Source: Thraustochytrium aureum | Taxonomy: Eukaryota | DNA length: 42,465 bases | NCBI GenBank assembly: GCA_012862495.1 | Contig: BLSG01000289.1 | Span: 12,667-55,131, forward strand | Direction: 5' to 3' | Part shown: one piece after another, positions 9,995 to 20,867 of the stretch | How the letters are laid out: each line of letters opens with the position of its first letter | Numbering within the stretch: the first letter of the stretch is position 1 | Position numbers and translations under genes: made by a program | Notes under the pieces: generated by a model | The model's database searches: none | Seen by the model: only the letters and a program-made list of their open reading frames with translations | Told to the model about the DNA's origin: nothing

Positions 9995-10622
9995 ATGGTT
10001 TTTGTACGCGAACCTAAACCTGTGCCGTGCAGGAACGCCGGTGCAAAGGTCGATGCAGACCCGAGCACGAAGGTGCTCATCTGCTCCAATGCCAACGTGA
10101 AGTATGCAGAGGCGACGCTGCGCGCAACCTCACCACGGACTACGGCGGTCGCTCTATGCTCTACAAGGTCTATGCCGTCTCCGACCCGCTCGACTTTGAC
10201 GCGGCCACCAGGGCGTACGTCGAGTTCGAGGCGAGCGACCAGGTGTTCGGCATTCGGGGCAGCCTCGTGCAGATGGACCTCCTCGAGGCGGACACCGAGA
10301 AGCCGGTGCCCGACTCGCTTGTCAGCCTCCATAGCGGCTGGCTCACTCGCGGTAGGCGCAGATACCGGTTTGACCTGAAAAGGGAGGCCCCGCGCTGTAC
10401 TTCTCCGGCACCACGGGTCGGCGCGTCCGTGTTCTAATGGCGTGCCTCTCGTACGTCGGGCACAGCACAACTCTGCATAACGCCAAGGTTGTGTTCACCA
10501 AGAACGAAGTTGTGGAGGACGCGCCAGCGGCGCGGGCGGTCTCTGACTCCCCGAGTAAGGGGGAGGCGCGGGAAGTTCAACCTGCGCGGCGAAAGAGGCC
10601 TCGTGAAGAGGACAGTGAGTAG
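9995..10622 (+). CDS. Putative beta-sandwich protein, paralog of 34471-35368; reconstructed across two frameshifts (~10110 and ~10390)
   Basis: ORFs 9995-10378, 10027-10437 and 10437-10622 join into one protein collinear with the intact paralog: DYGG..LYKVYAVSDPLDF..VEFEASDQVFG..KPVPDSLVSLH..LYFSGTTGRRVRVLMAC..AKVV. Starts at GTAAATG and ends with RRKRPR. Confidence 0.8.
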
Positions 10623-10655
10623 AATGTTGCGTTTTGAATGCTCAGTTTTATTTAG

Positions 10656-13600
10656 TCATTGCGAGGCGCGTTGAGGACCCGCGCGCATCCAATTGTTAAC
10701 AGCGTACAGAAGCGCGAGCGAAGCGCAGAGCGGGTTGCTCATGTCTATAGCGCTGTTCAACGTGCCCATGTGCGCATCGAGGCAGTTTTTCGCTTTGATT
10801 GCCTGCCCTTCTTTGCCGGTGGGGTCGGTGTTGCCCGTGAGTCCGTCGCACGTTTTTTGGATAAATCGTTCGTAGTTTTTCCTGGCGTCTTCCTTCCGCA
10901 AAAGCGCATTGAGCGTGCTAATACGGGCTTCAGCGGCCTCGGTCGGGCCCCCTGACAGAGGCGTCATTGCCATGCACCGCCCTACCGCGTGCTGCAGAAC
11001 GCCGCTCTCCGCTGTGCGACCATCGTCGCTGCATGTAGTGCCATCAACGCTGCCCGTGCCACGTTCTCGCGCTGCGGTGGCCTGGACCGGCTGCCCTTCA
11101 TTTTTACTCGCATTTGCATCGCTCCTGCGGACGAACTCACCGCGCTCATCGTCCCAGGGAAGCATTGCAGCGTTTGCCAGAACGTCCAGTTGGCCGTAGT
11201 TGTTGTAGTAGCCGTCGTCGTCGACGTCCAAGATCACATCTGCTGTGACTGGTTCGTGTGCTTCTGGCGGTGACGCGGGGACTAAACTGACGGGCTCGCA
11301 CGCCGCGGAACCTGCTGACTCTGCATGGTCTGCTGGGGCTACGGAGGCTTCTTGCGCTGGTGACGATGCAGTTGCAGAAGTGAGTGTTGGTGAAGTGCCA
11401 ACCCGCCCGGTAAGGTGCGTTGGGAGACCCGAAACGTCTGCATCTGCGCTGGACTCCATGTAGTGGCCGGCGAGCGAGAAGCGCGCTAGGATAGCGTCCA
11501 TAACGCGCACCATGCTGTCCCGCGCGGCGACCTTGTCATCGTCATGGCCCCCGAACAGCTCGTGGTTGCGCGCAAAGTCGTTCGAGTGCAGGCGCATGTG
11601 CGCCTTGACAAGCATGCTCGACACGGCCTTCGGGCAGAACACGGTGTGCGGGCGGCACTTGCGCATCTTGAGCGGGCAGCAGTTGCGTCCGCGGTAGAAC
11701 TTGTCCAGCATCGCCACGTCCACCGAGGGGAAGCGTTCGGCGAACCACTCCACGACGCCGTCCCCGAACCAGTGGCGCGTCCCGTTTCCGCCGGCGAGCG
11801 GCTTGCACAGCGTGACGTTCTTGGAAAGCGTGCCCATCCCCAGCCGTGCGACCAGGTAGTTGGTGCAGTTGATGCCCACGAACTGCGCGTACTTCTTCGG
11901 GTCTCCGCTGTCGGAGCTCCTGAAGTCGGCCGTTTTACTCGCGAGGTGGCTCAGGCCTGCGCGCTGAAAGATGTCCTCCAGGACGCGCATGTCCATCCTG
12001 CGCTTCATGCGCAAGTTCTTGTGGCCAATAAAGTTGGGGCCAAAGAGCAGCTCGGCGAGACAGCGCTCCTCGAGGGGGCGCATCTCCTGCGCCATCCGGT
12101 CGTTGGAGTCCACCTCGGCCGCTTCGGCCAGCATCCCCGCATCATCATTCTCGTCTTCCGTCTCTTGCCCATCGGATTCGGCCGCATCGTCCAGCCCGGT
12201 GGGCTCGTCAACGCCGCTCGAATCGGCGGACGCGCTGGTGTTGTTGCAACGAAAGCCCAGCACGTACATGATACGCAACAGCTCCATCTTGCGCCGGCAG
12301 GCGTCCATTCGCNNNNNNNNNNNNNNNNNNNNNNNNNNNNNNNNNNNNNNNNNNNNNNNNNNNNNNNNNNNNNNNNNNNNNNNNNNNNNNNNNNNNNNNN
12401 NNNNNNNNNNNNNNNNNNNNNNNNNNNNNNNNNNNNNNNNNNNNNNNNNNNNNNNNNNNNNNNNNNNNNNNNNNNNNNNNNNNNNNNNNNNNNNNNNNNN
12501 NNNNNNNNNNNNNNNNNNNNNNNNNNNNNNNNNNNNNNNNNNNNNNNNNNNNNNNNNNNNNNNNNNNNNNNNNNNNNNNNNNNNNNNNNNNNNNNNNNNN
12601 NNNNNNNNNNNNNNNNNNNNNNNNNNNNNNNNNNNNNNNNNNNNNNNNNNNNNNNNNNNNNNNNNNNTATCTGCGCTGACTCGTCCTGCACGTGCACCCT
12701 GATCTTTCGCGGGCGCCCCCTCGCGTGTTCACCGGAGGCGCTCTGCTCCCGGCGGCGCTTGCGACCGGCCCCCGGCTCCGCCCGAACTGCTGCCTCCTCC
12801 ATTTGCGGGGTAGGGTTTGTCGGCGCGCCGCCCGCCACGTCAGCCCCTTGCCCAGCCCCTTGCCCAGCCACTGGTCCAACCACTGGTCCCACTGGATCCT
12901 CGACGGCGCCACCGTTCGAGTCCTCGGTGGTTAGGAAAACTGCCTCGTCCCCGAAGATGTTCTCGACGCCCTCGTCTTCGGGCGCGCCGCGCTTAGCCCT
13001 GCGCAGCTCCTGCGCGGTGAGGTCGCGCGCACCGGCGGTGTACTGCAGGCGATTCTCCTTTACGTGGGCCTCGCAGGCGGTGAGCTGCATGAGCACGCGC
13101 ACCTCCTCCTCGAAGTTCGCGAGCGTATGTAAACAGTACTCCGCCCCAGGGTCGGACTCGAAGAGAACCCGGAGAAACTCCCGTCGAATATCGAGTCTGC
13201 TGGCACGCTCCTCAACCGCCGTGTGTGCGAACACGTCGACCAGGTTGGGCGGCACGAGCGCTGTCGCGGACCAGAGGCGGCCACCGGTTGTGGCTTGCTG
13301 CGGTTGCTGAAGAGCAGCTGCCGGTCCTTGGAGCTCAGCACGGCACGCTTCGCTCGCTCGAAGGCAGCCGCCCGGTCATCGCCCGGGCTCGCCGCGTTTG
13401 CAGCGCCTGCAGCGCCAGCAGCAGCGTCCGCGGCGGATGCCCTGGCGCCAAGAGCGCCGCTGTTGAACGCGGCGCTGCTGGGGGCGACGAGCTCCTCTTC
13501 TTCGTCATGTGCAGAGGCAGATAGGGTGTGCTGGATGTGCATGTAGCAGGTGCTCAGACGCAGCTTGCGCACGCGTCCGCGCATCTGGTGCAGGGAGCGC

Positions 13601-16427
13601 GCCGTGCAGGAGAAGGACGTCCCAAATCCGAAGGCCACGTCGAAGTGCTCCTGGTCAAAGTCAATTCCGGCGCCCACTGTAGGGCTGATCATGACCATGC
13701 TGTACTTCACCCACTCCGTGTTGCAGTTCACGAGGTTCTTCTTCTCCCGCGGCGAGATGTCGGCGTTGATAACCAGCGTGCCGCCGCGCGTACCGTTCCG
13801 CAGAGCGGCCAGCAAGCGCTCGGCACGCTGAGCGGTGAACGGGTCGCCGCAAACGTGCGACATGGCCAGCATGGTCTGCGCTCGCTGCAGCAGCAGCTGG
13901 TGAATCGCGAGCGAGCGATCCTTGGCGTTGGAGAAGAAGAAGACGCGGAAGCCGCCAGCGAGGTAGCCCGCCAGTGCCTCGAACCAGGTCGCCAGGCCCA
14001 GGAAGTCAACGTAGCGCGTGCGGATCTTGATTGCGCGGTTCAGGTGGTATTGCAGCCCGGGGATCTCCAGGCGCGGTGCCTCGCGGTTGGCTTCGGCGTC
14101 AGCGCTAGGCTCGCGCTCGCGCCCGCGCGTGGCGAGCACAAAGTCCAGCGTACGCGGGCCGATGTCGGCGTCCAGCACGACGAGCATGGTGCAGTCGCGC
14201 GCGTAGGCCTCGAACAGGTGCCAGGTGAAGTGGTCCTTCTTGCTCATGGTCGCCGAGGAGAAGTGCGAGAGCACGCTCTCCGCCTCGTCCACGATGAGCA
14301 CGTCCACGGTGGGCGTTACGAACCGGTCGGGCCCGTCGCCGCCGCTAACCCGCTTGTTGAGCAGGGCCAGCGAGTCCAGCTGCACCGCCACTTCGTTGAA
14401 CTCGTGGAGCCGGTCGCGCACGTCCGGGTCGTTGTACACGCGGAAGCCCNNNNNNNNNNNNNNNNNNNNNNNNNNNNNNNNNNNNNNNNNNNNNNNNNNN
14501 NNNNNNNNNNNNNNNNNNNNNNNNNNNNNNNNNNNNNNNNNNNNNNNNNNNNNNNNNNNNNNNNNNNNNNNNNNNNNNNNNNNNNNNNNNNNNNNNNNNN
14601 NNNNNNNNNNNNNNNNNNNNNNNNNNNNNNNNNNNNNNNNNNNNNNNNNNNNNNNNNNNNNNNNNNNNNNNNNNNNNNNNNNNNNNNNNNNNNNNNNNNN
14701 NNNNNNNNNNNNNNNNNNNNNNNNNNNNNNNNNNNNNNNNNNNNNNNNNNNNNNNNNNNNNNNNNNNNNNNNNNNNNNNNNNNNNNNNNNNNNNNNNNNN
14801 NNNNNNNNNNNNNNNNNNNNNNNNNNNNNNNNNNNNNNNNNNNNNNNNNNNNNNNNNNNNNNNNNNNNNNNNNNNNNNNNNNNNNNNNNNNNNNNNNNNN
14901 NNNNNNNNNNNNNNNNNNNNNNNNNNNNNNNNNNNNNNNNNNNNNNNNNNNNNNNNNNNNNNNNNNNNNNNNNNNNNNNNNNNNNNNNNNNNNNNNNNNN
15001 NNNNNNNNNNNNNNNNNNNNNNNNNNNNNNNNNNNNNNNNNNNNNNNNNNNNNNNNNNNNNNNNNNNNNNNNNNNNNNNNNNNNNNNNNNNNNNNNNNNN
15101 NNNNNNNNNNNNNNNNNNNNNNNNNNNNNNNNNNNNNNNNNNNNNNNNNNNNNNNNNNNNNNNNNNNNNNNNNNNNNNNNNNNNNNNNACTCGTGTTGTA
15201 CTTGGAGATGACGAAGCTTTCCAGCGGAGCGCGGGCCTGTCCCGCGAAGCTTTGCGAGATGCGCCGCATGGCGCGCCCGGGCAGCGCTCGTTCCCACGCA
15301 GCCTGGCAGGGGACGAGCGTTCGCGGTCGGCCCCGCTCGCTGCCCGATCCACCACTGGGCGGCTTGCTGCTCCCGATCATGCGCATGGTCCGCGTCCCGG
15401 TGCCGTAAACGCCAAAGTCCCAGACGCTGCCGGTGACCAGCGCGCCTTCGCTGGACGTGGCCTGGCGCAGGAGCCACCCCCGCAGCCTCTCGTGTGAAGC
15501 TGTGCCTACTGAGCCCTGGGGCGCGACGCCTGTTGCGTCGCAGCCGCACTCGCGCAACAAATAGTCAGCCAGCAGCGCAGCGAAGAGCAGCGAGTCGGCC
15601 CGCGAGGCAAAGTAGTGCCCGCGCGAAGTGCAGAGCGTCACGTGCGCCGAGAACTTGCGCCCGGGCTCGCTCGCGTCCGCCACAAACAGGGTGCGGTCGA
15701 GCGGGTCCTCCCTCGCGTCTAGGCCCAACTGGGCGCAGACGAAGCGGTGCACGCACGGGAGCAGCTCGTTCGCGAAGATCTCCACGCAGTTCGCGAGCGC
15801 GTTCGGCCCGTCCTCGGGGCGCAGGTCCAGTTCGACGTCCATGAAGAAGCGGTGCGGCGTCAGCGGTGTCAGCAGCTCGTGGAACCACCGTGCGGGCGAT
15901 GGCACGCTCTCGAACAGGGCGCGGAGGTGCTCGCGGGACGGAACCACGCAAAAGGCGGTCTTGCCGCCGTCTGCCGCGTACGAACCGTCCACGCCGACCC
16001 GCTTAACGCGCTTCACGCCGATCACAGCCACTAGCGGCGGCGCCAGCCGCTTGGGACCATCGCCACCGCCTGGCGGTTGGCGAAGGTGCTGGTGCGGTTC
16101 GAGCCATTCGGGCGAGGTGAAGAGGTCCCCGGTGTTCGCGACGGCGCCGGCGCTGTCCCAGTGCGAGCCGTGCGCGCTGAAGCCGGCTCGGCCGAAGAAG
16201 CGCAGCGAGAGTCCGCAGCCCCGCTTGAGTGGCTGCGTGAACGGGTAGCTCTTGGCGCAGGAAGCGCCGAGCACGTCAACATCTAGCGAGGCGGGCCACT
16301 CGCGAACACCATCCAGAACGTCAAGCGCGAGCCATGGGGCGGCGCGGGCTGTGCCCTTGGGGCGCAGGGTTCCACTGAACGCGAGCGGCGACGACGACGA
16401 CGACGACGAGGGCGGTGACGATGCCAT
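10656..16427 (-). CDS. Large AEP (PrimPol-type) primase fused to a UL9-like SF2 helicase, with a long C-terminal region; spans two gaps and a frameshift near 13295
   Basis: Primase motifs RFFMDVELD, KFSAHV and DFGVYG..RTMRMIGSSK. Helicase motifs VLIVDEAES (Walker B), LDAD, SPTVGAGIDFD and QMRGRVR. Walker A is presumably in the gap at 14450-15188. Continuity into 10656-12308 is inferred. Confidence 0.8.
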
Positions 16428-16715
16428 GTTCCGGGCCTGCTGCCGGTTCTGGCGCGGTCTCGAAAATGGTTTGCCAGTCGCACTTCGCATGTGAAATGCT
16501 TTGCAGCCACCGTCGCGGATACGATTGGCCTGGCGGTTTTCGAGGCGAGCGAGCGGTCCCGCCAGAGTGGTGGCCCGCGATCGTCTCGAACAACTTTCCA
16601 CTCGTACGTCACCTTTTTTTTGAATCGTCGAATCATTGAAAGAAACGCAGCAAGGTGTGTGTAGAGAATAATGGAATGTTCATATCTTCCAGGTTACTTT
16701 TACTCGATCAATCAA

Positions 16716-17693
16716 TCAAAGTGCTTGCTTGAATTCATTCCGTGTTTCGGTAAACATGCGGTTGAACTTGCTGTGACCCTCGCCATACTTGGTAATGAAT
16801 TTATCGTGCAGTTTGACGAATTTATTCTTGGCATTACGATTTAATGTTTCGTTTTCTCTCCCTTCAATTGATTGAAAGGAGGATGAACTTCGCTCCGGTC
16901 GAGCTTCAATCCTTTTTATGATTCGGTACATCTCGCTGTAGTACCCAAATTTGTTCGCGTACCAAATGAACATCGGCAAAAACGCCACGAACAAGGCCAT
17001 CGATATGCCAACGTCCACGTAGCCTTTGCCGTTCAGGGGGTAGTAGAGACCAGCACTTGCGAAAATGATGAAAACAGCGACGATGGAACCTAACACGAAC
17101 CTTTCGCGACGGTAAACAAGCAGCGGGAGAAGAAGAAGAGGCAACGCTGCAAAGTATAGCCATATCGGGCTCACAAAGGGGCGTGTGAATGTGAAAGGCA
17201 TGTTCGAAAACTGCTTGTACCACCCCGAGTTACCCTGACCAGGGTTCAACGGAGTCGCACCCGGCGGCGCATTCGTTCCAGACGGGTCTTTCGTTCCCGG
17301 CGGCACTGTCGTGCCCGGCTGATCTGTCGTTCCCGGTGGCGCTGTCGTGCCTTGTGGCGGAGTTGTTGCACCTGGTGGCGCGGTCGTGCCCTGTGGAGGT
17401 GTAGTTGTTCCAGGTGGTTGAGTAGTGGTGTCTACCGACGTTGGTTCCGTTTTGTCGTCGTCGGCGTCTGAAACAAAGTACCAGACCCCCACTGCACCTC
17501 CACCTAGAACAGCTAGTGCAAGGAACAAAACCAGCAATTCCTCGTGCCCACCATATCGGTGCGCATGCTGAGTGTGGCTGTAGTGGACCTGATCGTTGTT
17601 GTCATTATTCTTGTTGGTGTACACAATCTCTACTGGCGAAGTGTGAGTCGTTGACCTGTTGGCCGAACGATTCGGCGCTCTGCGAGTCGGCAT
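16716..17693 (-). CDS. Membrane protein with a mucin-like Thr/Pro/Gly repeat loop
   Basis: TM LLVLFLALAVLGGGAVGVWYFV, then repeats such as TTPPQG and TTAPPG, three more TMs, and a basic helical tail. Start is uncertain. Confidence 0.75.
   Translation of the reverse strand: MPTRRAPNRSANRSTTHTSPVEIVYTNKNNDNNDQVHYSHTQHAHRYGGHEELLVLFLALAVLGGGAVGVWYFVSDADDDKTEPTSVDTTTQPPGTTTPPQGTTAPPGATTPPQGTTAPPGTTDQPGTTVPPGTKDPSGTNAPPGATPLNPGQGNSGWYKQFSNMPFTFTRPFVSPIWLYFAALPLLLLPLLVYRRERFVLGSIVAVFIIFASAGLYYPLNGKGYVDVGISMALFVAFLPMFIWYANKFGYYSEMYRIIKRIEARPERSSSSFQSIEGRENETLNRNAKNKFVKLHDKFITKYGEGHSKFNRMFTETRNEFKQAL
17250..17430 (-). repeat. Coding tandem repeats of ~18 bp (TTxPPG-type hexapeptides)
   Basis: Translation TTQPPG TTTPPQG TTAPPG ATTPPQG TTAPPG TTDQPG TTVPPG TKDPSG TNAPPG. 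Confidence 0.8.
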
Positions 17694-17777
17694 TGTGTGT
17701 CCTGATGATGCGTGTACGCTATGCAAATGTTCAGAAAAAAAAGGCTGTAAAGGGGAAATTTCAGAAAAATCTCTTAC

Positions 17778-19020
17778 TTAGCGAGCTTGAACGGCGCCGG
17801 GAGCGGCAGCCACAAGTCCGAGAGGGTCCGGCGTGCTCTGCGCACGCCAAAATTCCTCACCGGCCCTGTGCGCGGCCTGCTCGCGGTCAAGCGGCATTTC
17901 GCGCACGAGCTCTCGATCGCACTGCACAGCAAAGTCCATCTGATCGCGGTCAAGCGTGTAGCGGAAGTCGCGCCGTAGTGGAGCGGTCCATGCGCCCAGT
18001 GTCGCGCGGTCACCCGTCTCCGCGGAGGGCACCGGTCGGCGCAGCATGTTTGCGTCGGCATGCACCTGCGGCCCCTGGCCCAGCCCTCGCATTCCGCGAG
18101 GCACAAGACCAGGCACGCGAGGGTTGATGACCGTCTCAGCAACGTCGGCATTGCGCGGCGTGCGCAGTATGGTGTGTGGCTGCAGGTTGCGCCGCTCAGC
18201 CTCCTCTGGCCCGAGCAGGGTGCGGCTCGGCCGCAGCCCGTGCGCCTCCACCTGCACGGGAATGGCCTTGGTGACGCGTGAGCCGCCGCGCCGGTAGTGC
18301 CGTCGGTTGATCACATCGGGCTCTTGGCGCGCCCAGTTGCGGTTGCGCAGCAGCTGGCCCTGGTCGCCCACGGGCACCGCCTCGCCGTAGAGCAGCGCGT
18401 TGTTCCACTCCCATGGCTTGAGGTTGGCGCCGCTGGGCGCCTGGTCGCGCCGCTTCCACGAGTTGTTGGCCAGCATGCCGCGCTCCATATCCAGCGTGCG
18501 GTCCTGCAGCACGGCATCGTGCGTGCGCGAGGAGCGGCCCATCTGGCGCGTTGGCAAGGGCGCGAACCCCAGCACGCCGTCCTCGCCGTAGTTGAGCCGC
18601 GCGTCTGGCTTGCGGTAAGCGCGGGCCACGTATCGCCCGTGCGGCAGGCGCTCCGCGTGCAGCAGGGGACATGTCGTCCAGCCGGTGGCTCACGGTTGGC
18701 AGCAGCAGCGAGTTGTGGTTGAGCACCTGCGAGGTCATTGGGTAGTTGGCCTGCCGAAACGCGGAGGGGCTCTCCGCGAAGGCCTGCGCGAGCTCGCCCG
18801 ATGGCGCCTCGCGCAACGAGGCCAGATCGTTCAGACTCAGCTGTGTCTGGGCCCGCCTGTCATCGTAGGCCTCCACGGGCACGGTGCCCGTGCTCTCGCG
18901 GTCCCTTCGCCGCATGACAGCGACCTGTGTTTGTTTGCTCAAGGACCACCCCACTTGAGTTCGGTCGGGTTCGTTGGGGCTTGGTGCTGTTTGTTCGGCG
19001 GGTGGTGTTGTTTCGTCCAT
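17778..19020 (-). CDS. Hypothetical R-rich protein, possibly virion-structural; frameshift near 18667
   Basis: MDETTPP...RLDDMS joins (L)LHAERLPHGRYVARAYRKPD... at a CCCC run. Both parts have GC3-rich codons. Confidence 0.6.
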
Positions 19021-19096
19021 GCTCGCTGTCTGATGAAAAAAAAAACTTGCCATGTAGCCAGGCACGCACGCGCTGACTCGAACCACGCAGCGCAGA

Positions 19097-19630
19097 ATGG
19101 CAAGAAGAGGGTCTGAGTCTAGCATTAGCGCTGCTGTAAATGCAGGCGAAAAATTAGAAGAAGATGCAGAGGAAATTGCACATAAGGTGATCAATGCAAA
19201 GAATAAGATCGCAGATGACTTACATGAATTCTTTAGAGGACATGGTGAAATTGACTATGGAGGTTTGTTTAAACACATCTCAACTCATGAGAATATGTAC
19301 AAGGGCGAAGGCTTTCGAGAAGCAGACAGAAATAGTTACTCGATGTACGAGCGCGCCAAAAAAATGGCATGGTGGGACGCCAAGCGGTTCTCAATCCCCG
19401 CGAAACTCACCAGCCCCGCTGTCGTAGCATTTTTTGTTTTGTTCGCGCAGGTCATTCTCATTGTCCTTTCAAACAATTCCGACGATCGCTGGTACCTGCG
19501 CCTGAGCATGTACTTTTTTTGGGCCGGGTTGGCGATTTTGGGCTTCCACTTCGCGCTGCACTCCACCGTTACAACGATGATCGTGCACCATGAGGAAATG
19601 GCTCGAGAACACCTAGGCGACGGCACCTAA
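19097..19630 (+). CDS. 2-TM membrane protein
   Basis: TMs AVVAFFVLFAQVILIVL and LSMYFFWAGLAILGFHFAL. The 5' half is AT-richer. Confidence 0.7.
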   Translation: MARRGSESSISAAVNAGEKLEEDAEEIAHKVINAKNKIADDLHEFFRGHGEIDYGGLFKHISTHENMYKGEGFREADRNSYSMYERAKKMAWWDAKRFSIPAKLTSPAVVAFFVLFAQVILIVLSNNSDDRWYLRLSMYFFWAGLAILGFHFALHSTVTTMIVHHEEMAREHLGDGT

Positions 19631-20795
19631 GACACGCGGCGCACGACACGCACGGGCCCTGAACTGTGGGTGCCGCGCGAATTGTGGGGGCTACGTAAAA
19701 GCGGGAGCGGTACACCTGTGGGAGCAGGACCTCCTCGTTGAACTGCACTCCGTCGTTGATACCACCGGCGCGCTCGTCGTACAACATGAAAGTGGGCTGC
19801 CGTATCTCCCGTGTGCGCTCTCGATCAGCGACGGGCTGCATGGGCTGCTGCGAATTTACACCAGGCTTGCCCCGCGCAAGCTCCTGCTCCTGCCGCTGCT
19901 CCTGCCGCTGCTCGTGTTGTGGCACAATGCTGACCTCAACGCCATCGGCCTCGGCAGCGTCAGTACCGTCGTTGGCACACCCGCCGATTCCGCTAAGGAT
20001 ACTTTCGACGCGCGCCTGAATGAGGGCCGCTGCGCCTGTACGCTTCGACCCTCGTCCCGCCGCGGAGGCGCCGACGCGCGTCTCTATCTCGCGCTTCATG
20101 AACGTGACACCCTGTAGAAGCGAGTCTGCCAGATCGTCCTTCTTCGAGAAAGAGTGCATGAACCGGATGGAGGCGTGGTGGCCGCGCTTGGCCAGCACCT
20201 GCTCGGCGTAGAACACGCTGGACTGCTTGGTCTGGTTGCGCCTCGCGAGACGCGTGATGCGCTCTGGAAGCGGTGGTAGTTTCTCGTCTCGTATTGCGCG
20301 GAACTTGCTGCTCGCTGCGAGAAAGTTCACGGCACGCCCCGTGCGACATGTAAAGTACATCTGAATTGCGTGGCTGATCACCATCATTTGCGTGTTCTTC
20401 AGCGTCTGCGCCTCGACGCAGACCGCGTCAACGCCAAGCACCCATGGCCGCTCATCAAAGCAATGCGCCAGCGCCACCACGGCCTCTCGCAGGTCGCCCG
20501 CTGCCAGGTTCACGTGCTCCCATAGAACAACGCGAAACACGTGCACGGGGTCGTACTCGAGCAGGCAGAACGAGAGGTTGCTGATACCGCAATCAAAGGA
20601 CAGAACGGAGAAGTTGCGTGTTACGCGGGCGAGCCCCTCGCGCGCGGGCAGGTCCATCATGCATTGCACGGGCTCGTGCGGCGGTTCTTCCGACGTACCA
20701 GCATGGTCGGGATTCGCCGAAGGCTGGAGCGGCTCGAGCATCACCGTCGGTGTTGTTGTTGCGCAATTCGTGTTTTGGAACGTTGCTTGCATCAT
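19569..20795 (-). CDS. Holliday junction resolvase (poxvirus A22 / RuvC-like)
   Basis: Catalytic pattern VLSFDCGISNLSFC, VCVEAQ, SKF, TKQSSV and KKDDLADSLLQG. Start is uncertain. The 3' end overlaps the neighbour and may be frameshifted. Confidence 0.9.
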   Translation of the reverse strand: MMQATFQNTNCATTTPTVMLEPLQPSANPDHAGTSEEPPHEPVQCMMDLPAREGLARVTRNFSVLSFDCGISNLSFCLLEYDPVHVFRVVLWEHVNLAAGDLREAVVALAHCFDERPWVLGVDAVCVEAQTLKNTQMMVISHAIQMYFTCRTGRAVNFLAASSKFRAIRDEKLPPLPERITRLARRNQTKQSSVFYAEQVLAKRGHHASIRFMHSFSKKDDLADSLLQGVTFMKREIETRVGASAAGRGSKRTGAAALIQARVESILSGIGGCANDGTDAAEADGVEVSIVPQHEQRQEQRQEQELARGKPGVNSQQPMQPVADRERTREIRQPTFMLYDERAGGINDGVQFNEEVLLPQVYRSRFYVAPTIRAAPTVQGPCVSCAACLRCRRLGVLEPFPHGARSSL

Positions 20796-20867
20796 ACCAT
20801 CATCATTCGCACTGGAAAAAAAACCACGGCGCATCGCGCAGCGGTGGTGTGTGTGTCGGTACCGTAA

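Noticed and set aside
5069..15408. Long plus-strand ORFs (e.g. 5069-6433, 11544-13310, 13528-15408)
   Set aside because: They are antisense shadows of GC3-rich minus-strand genes, inflated by N runs, with no motifs.
8618..16718. TGATTGATT at the stops of genes ending at 8620 and 16716
   Set aside because: Only two instances of a low-complexity motif, too few to call a signal.
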